Assembly (NCBI RefSeq): GCF_009914755.1
Contig: NC_060925.1
DNA length: 64,000 bases
Direction: 5' to 3' (one strand)
Source of the DNA: the human T2T-CHM13v2.0 reference genome, Homo sapiens
In this document: positions 13,401 through 30,625 of the stretch, in pieces
Position numbering within the stretch: position 1 is the first letter of the stretch
Layout of the letters: each line of letters begins with the position of its first letter
Notes under the pieces: model-generated
What the model was told of the DNA's origin: nothing
Seen by the model: the letters and a program-made list of their open reading frames with translations, nothing else
Database searches by the model: none
Made by a program: the position numbers and the translations under genes

Positions 13401-14336
13401 GTATTGGGCTTTGGTTTTATATGAGGTCTTCAGAGAAACCACCGTCCAAGTTTTGCACTATGTCTCTCTTAAAAACAATTAAAATAATAGTATATGATTT
13501 TTTTCCTCACATGGAAAAAGCTGATTTTACAGTTAGACAAATGTATTTACTAAACATATTTTGCAAACAGGACATAACACATACCTCAATTATTTGAAAA
13601 AAATCACAAAAGTATCATTTCAGTCCATATAAGTATAATTGCTTTTAATAAAGTTAAACTCCTAGAGAATCATTAAAGAAGAAAAGCCGGGGCCATGAGC
13701 TAATTAATCAGCACCAGTAATTAGGTTTTAAAATTGGCTTTGTTAAGGGCTAGCTTTAAGCAAATAACTTGTTCTTAATTGCCTTTGTTCCTTATATATA
13801 AAATAGAAATAATAATAATACTTATCCATACTTTGTCACAGAATTAACGTGATGATAATGAGGTAATAGATGGGAAAGAACTCCAAATAGTTAACAGTAC
13901 CATAAGGTAGAGTTTTAGTGTCAGATATAGTATTTTACAATGACATATATGGAAAATTCCTTCTTTTATAATGATGGAAATATCCTAACAGTTTTAAACA
14001 TAACCCAAGAAGTAGCAGAGAAGAAAGTATACTGAAGTATACTGAACTTTTATGTTCAAATTACAATAGCTCTACTAGATATGTGTGTGTATTTTAAGGC
14101 TTATAATTTGTAAACACTCCAACTATTAATAATAACGTATTAAGGAATTATAAGTGGCCCTGTACGTAGGCATTATTTTCTCTTTAATCAGGTTCACTGA
14201 GTATTGGGAGACCTAAGAAAGTTAATTATCTTAACAACTACATTATTATTGCATTGTAGCAGATGTATTTTGTGGTTTTAATTTTGACGGAGGTGGAGGA
14301 TGGGGGGTGGTTCTTAGGTACTTTGCATATTTGCAT

Positions 14337-14338
<2 letters not shown>

Positions 14339-14379
<41 letters not shown>

Positions 14380-14657
14380 AGATGGAGTCTTGCTCTGTCG
14401 TCCAGGCTGGAGTGCAGTGGCACGATCATAGCTCACGGCAGCCTCCACCACCTGGGCTCAAGTGATCTTCCTGCCTCAGCCCCCCGAGTAGCTTGACTAC
14501 AGGCGTGTGCCACCCTGTCCAGCTAATTTTAAACAATTTTTTGTAGAGATGGGGCTCACTGTGTTGCCCAGGCTGGTCTTGAACTCCTGATCACTCAAGT
14601 GATCCTCCCACCGCAGCCTCCCAAAGTGCCAGGATTACAGGTGTGAGCCACCTGGCC
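14339..14657 (-). mobile_element. AluJ with a 40-nt T tract
   Basis: Alu consensus with J-type features. Confidence 0.9.
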
Positions 14658-14857
14658 CACATTCTCCTTTTTGTTTCAATACAGACATTAAAATTTTAGG
14701 CCAATTTGAGTTAGATTTTTATTATAACTGCTTTCAATTAAATCAGCTTCGTAATCTGTTGATACTGCCAAGAAGCCAGAGTAATGTAAAGGAGAAAGAG
14801 TAGGGTTTTGTGTTAGATTGTGTTTGAATTATTACTCCACTACTCACTGGGTATTTA

Positions 14858-15577
<720 letters not shown>

Positions 15578-16314
15578 ATTTTTTGAAAGAAAATTATTTT
15601 TTTAAAAAAGGTATGTGTCTACCTCAGTAACTGGTGTATTATTAGATGTTGAAGTGAAGTTATTCACCACCCTACTGCCCCAAGCGCACTTACTCATATG
15701 TAAGTTGTGTAATATTTGTTTCCTCTTTGTTTTATGGAATCTCTTGAGGGGGAAGAAAAAATCAGCAACTATTATGCTTTTCTTGAAACTCCATATATAG
15801 CTGGGATGATATTCCTGCATTATGGATTCCTAGAAATGTTTTATATGGCATCTTATTGTCCACAAAAATGACAACATAGCAGTAAATGAACAGGAACATC
15901 ATAAGTTAATTGTTAATATGATGAACGCGTTAGTTATAGAAGTCGTTAGCTTTCTGTAGTCTTGGGATTCAGGCTTTCTTAATTCACACCACCCAGGTTT
16001 AGAGGGCCTATTACTATTGAGTAGGATAAAGAACTTCTCTGTTGCATGAGATTCATAAAACCTAAGAATTCAATTTGGAGTTCTTTAGTTGGTCCCACTT
16101 AAAATGTACAGCTTGCTTAGCTAGGAGGAAGGATCAGGTTGCTCTAGGTAGTTGAAGTCCCTTTTAAAAATAATTGCTACTCTAAAGAGAAGAAGGAATT
16201 AATGAAAGTGGTTCATAAAATCATTGATTTCTTTTATTTTTTGTTTTGACATGAAAGCAGAATGGACATTAGCAGCTACTATATATGAAGGGCATTTTGC
16301 CTGGTATAAGTATA

Positions 16315-16624
16315 TTTTCTTTTTCTTTTTTCTTTTTTTTTTTTTTTTTGAGACGGAGTCTTGCTCTGTTGCCCAGGCTGGAGTGCAGTGGCATGATCTC
16401 ACTGCCACCTCCACCTCCCGGGTTCAAGCGATTCTCCTGCCTCAGCCTCCTAAGTAGCTGGGACTACAGGCGTGCGCCACTGTGCCCAGCTAATTTTTGT
16501 ATTTTTAGTAGAGACAGAGTTTCACCATGTTGGCTAGGCTGGTCTTGAACTCCTGACCTCAAGTGATCCACCCGCCTCAGCTCTCAAAGTGCTAGGATTG
16601 AAGGTGTGAGCAACCATGCCCGGC
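16315..16624 (-). mobile_element. AluS
   Basis: Alu consensus; TSD AAGTATATTTTC. Confidence 0.93.
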
Positions 16625-17398
16625 ACAAGTATATTTTCATGGGTTTAGTCCTCACAGTATATCTGTGAGGTGGGTTGGTGGTATTTTCATTTTACAGAGC
16701 AGGAAATTGGGTCTCAGATAAGTTAATTTTAAGTAACTTTCATGAGGGCATATGGTAACAAGTGGCAGAGCTGATATTTATTATTAGTTAACTATTTTTG
16801 CTGTTTGTATGTGTAAGGGGTGGTTTTTTTTTCATTTTTTTTACATGTAAAATGTAAAAATATTAGACATCCACATCTAAATGTAAAAATGATATTTCTT
16901 TTTTTTTAAGTCAGAAAACCAGTTTTCTTTTTTCTTTTGCTTTAGTCAGAAAGCCATAAAAACCATATTTAAATAGGATCAACTACTGTTTTTTAACATA
17001 ACTGAGATTTGAACCGAGATTAATTTGGTTCCAAAGCTTATGCTAGGCCTTGGAGAATACAAAGATGAATGAAACCCCATTCATCTTGTTGATCTTGCAG
17101 ACTAATGGAAAGGATTGACATGTGAGTTCATGTAGTACTCTGTTAAAAGTTAGATAGGATTCCAGATGAGAATGACAATGCTGGGGAAGATTTTTCCAAA
17201 GGAGGTAGCCTTTGAGTGAGTCAGATAGTGAAAAGTGAAATGGTGCCTGGTAGAGAAGGCATACATAGGCAGTGACAGGGTATGGAGCTAAAACCAGTCT
17301 TCTAGAGTTTTTCTCTGTAAGTTGTTAATAGACATTTTAAAGCAGAGAGGAATGGAAGAGTGGAATAACAATGATGGTAATAGTTTAAGAAGCATTTT

Positions 17399-17763
<365 letters not shown>

Positions 17764-17948
17764 TTAAACATATTTCCCATTAAAACCACCTATTCAACTT
17801 TCATGTAAATCTTGTAAAGAGACGTTTCAATATTTAGTGTGAATATTTTGTTAATTAGATGTAGCAGAAAAATAACGCTTTGATGGGCAAAATTGCTGTT
17901 CAGATGATCTTGAAATAAAGAAGTTTTTAAAGCAATTTTTATATACTT

Positions 17949-17954
17949 TTTATT
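17949..17954 (-). terminator. SLC16A4: SLC16A4 polyadenylation signal AATAAA (3' UTR about 17930-18841)
   Basis: TTTATT on the + strand, about 890 nt after the stop. Other TTTATT/TTTAAT hexamers occur nearer the stop. Confidence 0.65.
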
Positions 17955-17983
17955 ATTTAGCAATACATGTTTATCATAGAAAT

Positions 17984-18070
17984 TTAAGAACCTAAGTAAT
18001 ACAAAGAAAGTAAGGATTACCTTTAATTAAGAACCTAAGTAATACAAAGAAAGTAAGGATTACCTTTAAT
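17984..18070. repeat. Perfect 43-bp tandem duplication in the SLC16A4 3' UTR
   Basis: TTAAGAACCTAAGTAATACAAAGAAAGTAAGGATTACCTTTAA starts at 17984 and again at 18027. Confidence 0.95.
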
Positions 18071-18421
18071 CAATAAACAAAGATAAACTTTTGGAGGGAG
18101 CATATACCATTCCAGTCACTAAGTAAGGTTTTAATATTCAGATTCCAGAATTCTGATCAATCAATGGCTATGTTTCACACTTCTTTAAATTAAAAAATTT
18201 TCTATCTTTACATATTTTAGTGACTGAATTACCATGGCGTAATTGAGAGTTTGGATTTATTATGGTACATTCCGATTTCTATTTAATACATAAGGTACCT
18301 GATTAAAATTTTAGCCTATTTGGTTAAATACTAACAATACAGGTTGCTATTACTCTTGTCTTACTACCAATTAGACATTTCTCAGAATGCTAAAGCAAGA
18401 AGGAACCTTAAAAACTTATCT

Positions 18422-18793
<372 letters not shown>

Positions 18794-18841
18794 TTAGGTT
18801 TTCTTTTGTTTAGCTCTCACTTGATTGCAGTCTTCTTTCTT

Positions 18842-18969
18842 TCAGGTCAGACTGTTTTTCCATCTTTCGGCCAATGGTACAAAAAAAAAGGAAACTGAAG
18901 AGAGGAGATAGCATATGCCAGAGAAGTAGAAAGAGCCATTGTATGTCTGGGTATAATCATATAACCAGC
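18842..18969 (-). CDS. SLC16A4: SLC16A4 exon 9 coding part (GWLYDYTQTY...RWKNSLT*)
   Basis: CTTCCTTCCAG acceptor; 128 nt to TGA. Exon sum 87+133+144+162+504+212+94+128 = 1464 nt = 487 aa + stop. Confidence 0.96.
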
Positions 18970-19575
18970 CTGGAAGGAAGGAATGATTTCTGTTAGGGAA
19001 GGAAATTTTGCCATTAGTAACTCTCAGCCATGAATAGCTCCTCAAAGCAAGGAGCCTCCTGTATTGTGACCCATTTGAACTTAGTGAAGCTTCTTAGCTG
19101 CCCTATTTTTCACTGATGAAGTTGAATCAGCTCCACCTGAGTTAGGGACTTACACCATCTCCAATCTTACAGTGGAAGTTGGAGAAAATTAGGAACACAT
19201 ACCGTTTTATTTTACCATGAATTTTATTAGAAGACCGCTATTATGAAGAAAATAATCATAAATTATTGTTTTCCAGAGAAAAAAAGAAGTGATAATAATC
19301 AGTTTTCTTTTTTTTCCTTTACTAAACAAAGACTTGAGTACTTACTATATTCCTGTTAATATTGCTAGGTGTTGAGGATACACTAGTGAGCCAAAACAGA
19401 TACGGTCCTTGCCCTCACAGAACTTTAGTGGGGAGATAGGTACCAACCACATAAATGATATGTGATAAGTGCTTTGAAGGGAAGGTGCAGGAGGCTATCA
19501 GAAGATATGAGAAGGAACTGACTGCTTGATCACGTGGGTTAAACAATGACAAGTTCCCCCCTGAAATCTAAATGC

Positions 19576-19886
<311 letters not shown>

Positions 19887-20383
19887 TAAGTGCTTTTTAA
19901 AAGCATAAGTTGGAGGGTCTTCAAAGTCTTTTGGCTAATGGCACATACTAAAACTTAAGCGAAACACTTTTTTTTCTTTTTTTTTTTTAACTGAGTAGGT
20001 GATAGCAAAGAATATTTATGCTAAGGCACATCATTGCAAAAGTCAACACTGAAAAAAGCAAATAATGTCCTTAGTATTATCATGACAATAATTTTGGCCT
20101 CCTGGACTTCCTAAAGGGTCTCAAGGATCTCTGGGGGTCTGTTGACCTCACTTTGAGAAGTTCTTTTCTAAAGTATAGTATGTATATTATATCTGATCAC
20201 TTATTCAAGAAATTTCAGTGCTGTATGGCAGCACAGGTCTGGGTTTCAGGGATATACCCCTGAACAAAATAGATGAAAATATCTGCCCTCATGGAGCTTA
20301 CATTGTGTCTTTGATTTTTCCCTTCTATCTTAGATCATGATGCCTCACTGGATATGTAGAGTATACCCTCCCCCACCTTTTTC

Positions 20384-20455
20384 TTCTGGTCTGCTTGTTT
20401 CATCTCCTCTTTGTTCTGTTATGGACACAGAGGAGATGAGACAAGCAGACCAGAA
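20384..20455. repeat. Inverted repeat with 27-bp arms (26/27 complementary) and an 18-nt spacer
   Basis: TTCTGGTCTGCTTGTTTCATCTCCTCT / AGAGGAGATGAGACAAGCAGACCAGAA. Confidence 0.95.
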
Positions 20456-21012
20456 AAAATTGACTTAATTTATTTTTGTTTTATAGCTCTGTGTTTCCTA
20501 TTGTTAATGTAAAAAATAAGTGAATAGAATGTTTTATAACCTCTTAAGTTCAACTAACTTTAAGTTGCTTTTTACTTACTGACTCCTGTTTGATTAGTGA
20601 CCTCTATTAAATGTTTCTTGGAGTTACTGGAGTGAAAACAACTGGACAAGTCTTTGTGTTATGTTGATTGTTATTGACCTATAGATCTCTAAGAAATAGG
20701 TGACTAGTCTCTGAACTCTTGTAGACATTTCTAGAAAGGAAGGAGTATAGAAGGTAGCAGTCCTTACCCTCCCATCCCTTGTCATTCTTGCCTTAGTCCT
20801 GCCAACACAGCAAATGTATTAGAGTGTATGTGTCTGTGTATGTATATGTGTATATATAAAACCTGTGAATTATAAAATAGTGGTCTCAGAAGTAACACCC
20901 TGGGGAAAGACTAGGAATTCTTGGACAAAAAGGTAGACAGTGCTACTAAAATGTCAGATAGCACAGCTAAAAATAGTAAAAATGGATTGAAGAGAAAAAC
21001 TGTTTATAAGCC

Positions 21013-21171
21013 TTTTCTTTCTTTTCTTTTCTTTTTTTAAAATTTCTCGTAGAGACTGGATCTAAGTTACCCACGCTAGTCTCAAATTCCTGGCCCCAAG
21101 TCATCCTCCTGCATTGGCCTCCCAAAGTGCTGGGATTACAGGTGTGAGCCATCATGCCGACCAAGCCTTTC

Positions 21172-21213
<42 letters not shown>

Positions 21214-21505
21214 TTCTCTCTCTCTCACTCACTTTTTTTTTTGTTTTTTGAGACAGAGCCTCGCTCTGTTGCCCAGGCTGGAGTGAGTTGCGCAATCTCG
21301 GCTCACTGCAACCTCCGACCCGCAGGTTCAAGTGATTCTCTTGCCTCAGCCTCATGAGTTGCTGGGATTATAGGTGCCTACCACCACACCCGGCTCATTT
21401 TTTTGTATTTTTAGTAGAGATGGGGTTTCGCCATGTTGGCCAGGTTGGTCTCAAACTCCTGATCTCAGGTGATCCGCCTGCCTCAGCCTTCTAAAGTGCT
21501 TGGAT
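21013..21505 (-). mobile_element. FLAM monomer (21013-21160) and Alu (21233-21505)
   Basis: Alu consensus fragments. Confidence 0.88.
21177..21226. repeat. (AC)17 microsatellite followed by (CT)n
   Basis: Read directly. Confidence 0.95.
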
Positions 21506-21554
21506 TTCACTCACTCTTAGAATGCTGTTTCTGAAACATTAAGTATTAAAATAT

Positions 21555-21842
21555 AGTCATGTGGCACATAACAGGACAAACCTCATGAGGTTATGATATG
21601 CATTTTTACTGTATCTATGTTTAGATACATGAATACTTTGTTTGGATACACGAGTATCTTTCTATGTTTAGATACAGTTGCCTACAGTACTCAGCACAGT
21701 AACATGCTGTATAGATTTGTAGCCTAGGAGCAATAGGCTCTACCATATAGCCTAGGTGTGTGTAGGTATACTGTTCATATGACAATGAAATCATCTAACA
21801 CATTTCTCAGAATGTATCCCTGTTAAATAACTCATGACTATA
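21555..21842. mobile_element. Tigger3-derived MITE remnant
   Basis: AGTCATG...CATGACT ends; TTTGTAGCCTAGGAGCAATAGGC..TACCATATAGCCTAGGTGTG. Confidence 0.7.
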
Positions 21843-22253
21843 TTTAATATATTTTCTTACCAGGGCGGGGAATTGTTTAGCATGTTTTAGAATTATTTCT
21901 ATGTATTTCCATGCAAAATTAGGTGAAATAAAACCTGGATGAAATAATTGTTGTAAATTTGTTTCTCCCAGTCATATTTGATCATTGAGATATTTGTATT
22001 TTTTAGATTCTAAATTAAGATCCAATTGCCATTCAATAGGATAATAGTATACAGCTGAGTATTTAGTTTTAGGATGCTGTTTATACTAGCAAATATGAGG
22101 TAAAATGTAGGATGCAGAAATATACATATGACTGATTATTTTATGAAAGTATTAGTTGTTAAAATCAAGCTTATATTTAAGTGGCTACTAGGTTAGTTAA
22201 GTTTTGAGCTTCGTTGCTATTGAAACATCTACTTTATTTGATTGGAATAACTA

Positions 22254-22770
<517 letters not shown>

Positions 22771-22905
22771 AAATTTAAAATATATATATATAGGGAGAGA
22801 GAACGAGTGTCTGATTTTATTAGATCTCTGTATTTTTTTGGTAACAGTATGAAAAATCTGTTCAGATGCACTTCGGACCCTAAACGGTTTAATGCTTCTA
22901 AGTAA

Positions 22906-23200
<295 letters not shown>

Positions 23201-24025
23201 AAGTAAATATTTTTAAAAGAAAGTATTGTTGATAGTTCAGAAGCCACTGTATTCTCACCATTTTAAATGGAAGCACACACATAAGTTGACATTCAAAAGA
23301 CTAGATTCCTTTGTGGTCATAGCATAAGCATTGTGAACGTCAGAGAAAGACAAGATTACATACCAGTTATAATCTAGGATAATGTGCATGTATCTGAATG
23401 TTCACTCTATGCCTGGTATTACTGTATGTAGCCAGCACTCTGAGGAATAAACTGGCAGCTGATGCAGAATTATTAAGCTGAAGACCTCTGTAAGCATTTC
23501 CTTGGTGTCTACAGGCTACCTGCGTCAGATTTACCTGAGATGCATGTTAATAATGCAGATTCACTGGATTCTGTCAAGCATAACTCCATCCTGGGTGGCA
23601 CTCAGTTGATTCTTACGCACAGTAAAATTATTATTTAACAATAATAATTATTGTATTTGAAGTTACTAGTCCAGACTCTTTTCTTATATCTATGGCTATA
23701 GGACTTGTTTTAGGCAGAAATGTCTAGTAATGTTTCCTGTGATAATTTAAAACAAATAGGAAGATTGGGCTGAGCTTCTTTAAATACTGGTGCAAACCAT
23801 TTTTTTTACAGTCAGTTAAAAAGGAATAAGAATAATCATTCAAGTTAGATATTTAATATAGGATTCTGAACTCATTTTTTAAGTGTTAATATTTTAAAAC
23901 TATTCCACATTATTTTAGTGTTAGGCCATACATGTTTCAAAAGGAATTTAGCATCCTGTCTAAAAAGTATTCATACCTTCAGACATCTCAGAATCTCAGA
24001 ACTTGATTGTTAAGCTAAGTTATGA

Positions 24026-24683
<658 letters not shown>

Positions 24684-27600
24684 CTTAGAAGGTCCTTAAT
24701 TCCAAAGTTTCTTGGTGCTAGTTCTAAAGTGGTTGAAAATTCTGCAGGTGACTGGTCAGAGTTGAATCAGAACTCCTGTGGTTGGGTTGTAGCATAGTGG
24801 CAAATTTCCAAGGTGTGCAAAGACAATTTTCCTCTCATCCCTGGGGCCACTGGAGCCACCAGCTGGCTATTGGCAATCTTGTTCTTTTACTTTGGGTGTA
24901 TTGTGCAAATATTTTCTATATGTGCCATGATCGGAAAAATCTTGGGAAACTTGGCTTAGCAAATTTAAATTTCAGGGCCTTTTAAGATGGGAACTCAGTA
25001 AAGTTTCCTTGATAGAAATTTGCAATAAGATTTACTAGGAATGCTTCAAGTATTAGCTCTGTGCTGTAATTTTTATTAAAAGGATTGTGGTGTCTATTAG
25101 GATGTGGAAGCTGGATTCTTTGGCCTTGCAAAGTGTGTTATAAAAGGGAAGAACTCCTCTTCTTAAACCACAATAGAGAGCTATTTGGAATTTATTTTTG
25201 ATGCTTTGTAGGTATTCATCAATCTTAGGAAAACTGAATCAAAGTAAAAATCTGTAAGGCTTTGTAGTTTATGGGGAAAATAATCACTAGATACATAAAA
25301 TATTTACTTTTTTTTAGCCTTTTTTTCCCCCCACAGAACATATAGAGGACAGGGCTTTGCTCTGCCTTCTCACTTTCTCCCCACTCACCCCCAACCTCCA
25401 GAGTGTGTTTTCCAAGTAAAATTTTAGGCCATAGAGAAATTCGCAATTGATAGGCCAAGGTGACTGATAAAACTCTAGAGGTCAGGATTGGTAATAGTGG
25501 AGCGAGGACCAGATGGAATTTTTGTTTAATACTGTATCTGAAATTGAGGATGGGATAGATAGGAAATGACTTATCATTTCATGAGGAGATGACTTTTCTG
25601 TGATAATGGGACAGAGATGAGCTTAGATGAATGAATATATATTTTAGCACTTACCTTTTTCCATAAAACACAAATAGACTTGGTGCAAAATTACCAGTCT
25701 CACTCCATGGTATTTCTGATGAGATCGGTAAATAATAGAGAGAGACATACTTCTTTAGGAGCTAGCTGACTTTAACATATGCTGGAGTACAATTGACTTA
25801 CAACTATTTGGCGTTAGAAATGATTTTTCTAGGGCTTGGTGGGGGAAAAATACTCGTGAAATACCTGCCTTGACTTAAACTTCAACATATTTTAAAGTCA
25901 TTTTATTATCCCACAACTCAGAATGTCTTCAATTAAAGGTAAGAAAATAAGGTGATGGGCTACAGTGGCTTAATCAGGTGTTCAGTTAATGAAGTAGAAG
26001 AAGGATACAGATTCTAATAATTCACAGTTGTAGAGGTTCTAGACTGTTCTTAGTATGAAGTCCTGGCAGTGTATGTGGCAGAGTGAATAATGTTTCACGA
26101 CCTGGTGAGTCATGTGAGGACTGTGAGTAACTTTTATCTTCTGTGTGTCCCACATAGCATATAACAGTACTATGCTAGTGATTTGCTTGACAGTTATTGA
26201 ATGAATGCTAAGTTTCAAATATTTATTTGATAGTCACTTGATTACCAAGTAATCAAATAATTACTTATAGTGTTTTAGGGAGTTTTCAGAAGATATTTGT
26301 GATTAAATAAATGATTATATATGTATATTAGCATACTGTATGCATTTGTCAGTTGGGAAAGAGGGGAATATGGAGAAGTGGGGAACTGCATTCAGTTTTT
26401 ATTTTATAGGCAACTAATATGGTCCTTTGGTTTTATTTTAAAATGAAACTGAGCCTTGAGCATTTTGAGCTTTCATGTCAAATGCCTTGAATGGAAGAGT
26501 AGGAATTTCATGTAAGTAGCTTACATCTGCCCTGTATGTTGGAGAATGTGATTAGATATACTTGCTTTTCTGCCCAAGGCACTATTTTTGTATTTATATT
26601 GCTTTTTGCAGGTTTACTTCTGTTAACAGGGGTCTGTGAGAAATAAGGCTTAAAATATCAATACTTCTCATTTTTCCACAGCCTTCCAAGGCTTCCATCT
26701 TTGTGCCAGTGTGTGGCTCTGGGTGCCATCTAACCCCAAAAGCAGCAGTTGGGTTTGGATGAGCTGTGTGACATTTGGCCTACACGTAGGTCTACTCACC
26801 ACCCTGGTCAGGGAACCTGGAACAATCCTAAAACTCACCTACTCTAATGCAGGCCATATTTTTTAATTAAAATTGAAATTGTCACTGAGTATTGGAATAA
26901 GAAGGGACTTTGGGGTGGAGTGGGTGAGCAGGGCATTGTCTTACAGAGGAGGTGTGGGGACCGGTAAGTTTTAACTTTCATCCTTTCAATCTCTCAGTTT
27001 CAGCAAAGATCTTATAAAGAATTTTGTTGCTTTCTTAAATTCATGAAAGAAATGTAAGCAATTGAGGTGTGTAATTTTCTTGCCCGTATTCTCTATATTA
27101 AAAAAAAATAAGAATATGGTTCTATGAATTTCTTGTGCTATTTTTGCTTTCCTTGAATTATTAAAATATGTTGCATAGAACTAATATTGTTTTCTTTTTT
27201 ATTTTTATACAGGAAGGAGAGAAATATTGTTCATGTAATGTGTTACCTTTTTTTGTCTGTGTGATCTACAAGAGCATGGCTGAAATGTTACCATTTTTAA
27301 CTAGTGTTTTGACTGAAGATTATTATGAAAAGTTTTACTTTTGTTAGATTCCTAATTAAAAATGCCTATACTCTTTTATAGGAGTTTCAACTTTTGCAAT
27401 TTGGTAATAACAGATTTAGGTAAGTAAAAAATGAGAATCTCATACAGTTCTGAAGATCTAAGTTTGGTTGAGAATTTAATGTTTCATCACCAGTAAATTC
27501 AATTAAAGACTTTTGATTCAATTAAAGACTCAGTTCTGCCTACACCTGCAAGAACTGAGTTGATCTGTACATCAACATTTCTGATGTTTCTTTGGTAGTT

Positions 27601-28748
27601 GCTGCTGGAGTCAGAAGTTAGGAACAAATCTAATGGCCTTTGTAATGTCCTCTGTCATTTCACGGAGGAATGACTTAGAGGAACAAAGCTTTCCTGTGAT
27701 TTCTTTCTTCAACAGATGGCTAATGGCACAGCATTGCAGTTAGAATCCTGTTTAAGATACTAGGAGCACGTCCTGGACTAAAAATTTCTACATAAGCTTT
27801 AGCAACAACCTTATAGCTTCCTTTGACTTTTTTGTAGAGCTTACAGAATGTATGGCTGCCTAAGTAATAGTCTCTGAATTAATGGGTAAAAAATATATTA
27901 TGAGTTTTTTATCCTCACGTATGGTGCTAGGCTATACTGGATTTGGGCTAACAAAAGCTTGTTAACTTTTTTTTGTCTCATTGACAGAAGTATTTTATAT
28001 CTCATATTTTACATTACATAGGTGTGTGTGTGTGTATGAAATAAAAGTTTGAAAATAAAGTGATATACTCTTTTTTAATCTGCTCTGTGGTAGTCTATCT
28101 TTTTCCATAAAAACAATGAGATCATGACCCAACAAATTTATTTCAGAACTCACATATATACCTGTAGCTTTTTCTTTTCAGGTAATGGTCTTCAGAAATT
28201 TGACTTGTCTTCTCGGAGTATTGAACTATTTAAACATTTTATTTTAAGAAGTATACAAAGACACATAGGACATTAAACATGTTATAGTTTTGTTGCTTGT
28301 CTTTTTCATTTGAGTAAGATATTCTATGCCCTTGTATTTGTTACTTCCTTGTACTTTTGGCCCAATAGGCTTGAAAAATTCCAAGGCACTACTGGGACAG
28401 CCAATGAAGAAGGATCAAGATTGAAAAAAATGCATCAGCAAACTGTGTTTGAGCTCTGTTTTCTGTATCTCACTGTCCTGGGTACTAGCCATAGAGTAGT
28501 TGTGCAAGGTACTTCTGGTATTTGGCCTCCTTTTACTAGTCCCTATATAAAAATTCTGGGCTTTACTTTATAATTCTAGCCTGCTTTCCAGGTATGAAAC
28601 GTAGGCTAAGTGTTAGATAGCATGGGAAGGGGTGTGTTCATAAATGCAAATAAGAGAGTTGGTTGCATATTTATGTAAATTTTTTCTTTAGAATAAGTAT
28701 GCCTTAATTGAACCTCAGCTATTGGCATATTTTTTGTTCCCAGTAATA

Positions 28749-29413
<665 letters not shown>

Positions 29414-30052
29414 CCTTTCTCAGTCTTAAGAGGTATAAACTTAACATCATTATGAAACTTAATTTTTTAAAAAATGATAGTAGGACAAGATTAACTCCCT
29501 TCTGTCTTACTTCAGGACTAAAAGAAGCAAAAGTAAGTTTTAGGCTAAGTTCCTTTATGTGGATGATTAGAAATGTCATAGTAATTTGTACACTGAAATA
29601 CATTGAGAACCTGTGGTGTGTGAGAAACTAAAGTTTAGGTCTGTTCCCTAGAAATACTTCTGTGTGAGTATTCAAGTTTGTAATAGTATTAGATTAAATA
29701 TTCAGCAAGTACAGAATGTCTAATTAGGTAAAAAGTGAATGTAAAACTACAATTTGAATCTTAAAGTTAACTTACATATCAGAACTCCCCAAATGTTTAC
29801 TGTACTTGTATATAATAATTTCCAACAGCCCCCAATATCCTCTCCATAGAGATGGGGCCTTTAGGCCAAGTATCCTCCCATCCTTGGTACTGACAATTTG
29901 AAGGGCCTCTTTTCAAAGAGAGATACTTAACAGATAACAGGCAATCTTGGACATCCATATGGCACATCAGAAGAACAAAAGTGTCAGGCCTATACCTTTC
30001 AAGCTCTATAAAAGTGACTCATGTTTAGATACAAGATGCTAGTCGTTCATTG

Positions 30053-30204
30053 TTTTTTTTGTTTTGTTTTGTTTTGTTTTTTATTTTATAGAGACAAGGT
30101 CTGTCTGTTGCCCAGGCTGGTCTTGAACCCCTCAGCTCAAGTGATACCCCCGCCTTGGCCTCCCAGAGTGCTAGAATTACAGGCGTGAGCAATTGCTCCC
30201 AGCC
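30053..30204 (-). mobile_element. FLAM/Alu monomer
   Basis: Left-arm sequence only. Confidence 0.85.
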
Positions 30205-30531
30205 TTTTTTTTTTTTTTTTTAAAGCATCATGGGTCTTTGAGGCTCTGAAAAAACTCTGGATTGTCTCCCCAGACAAGTAGACATAGATCCAGTGTCTGC
30301 CCTACAACTCCCAAGAATATAAGAATCTGCTTAAGGCACATCTTAAGATAATACAAGAATCTGAGCCTTCAGATTTTCCTGCATTGGTGGTGGAGTGAGT
30401 AGATATAGGAAAAGCAGAAATAATCTGTTTCTTTTAACCTGATACCATCATTACATGTTACCATTAATCCTGGATCAGTTTTTCTCTTTTATTGCTATTG
30501 AAATTTGTTCAGAATGTGGTGAAGGTGTTAC

Positions 30532-30625
30532 CTGCTATAGGTGGTCCAGAAAGGACAGCCATCCCAGCAAAGAAACTGGCAAGTCCCAAAAACCTGTTTA
30601 CTGTAGAATTCCTACACAGATCAAC
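30532..30625 (-). CDS. SLC16A4: SLC16A4 exon 8 (VDLCRNSTVNRFLGLASFFAGMAVLSGPPIA)
   Basis: TACAG acceptor, CAG|GTAACA donor, 94 nt; GPPIAG motif typical of MCTs. Confidence 0.95.

Noticed and set aside
27528-27560. 10-bp hairpin ACTCAGTTCT/AGAACTGAGT and adjacent TTCAATTAAAGACT direct repeat
   Set aside because: Too short to separate from a local slippage or repair scar.
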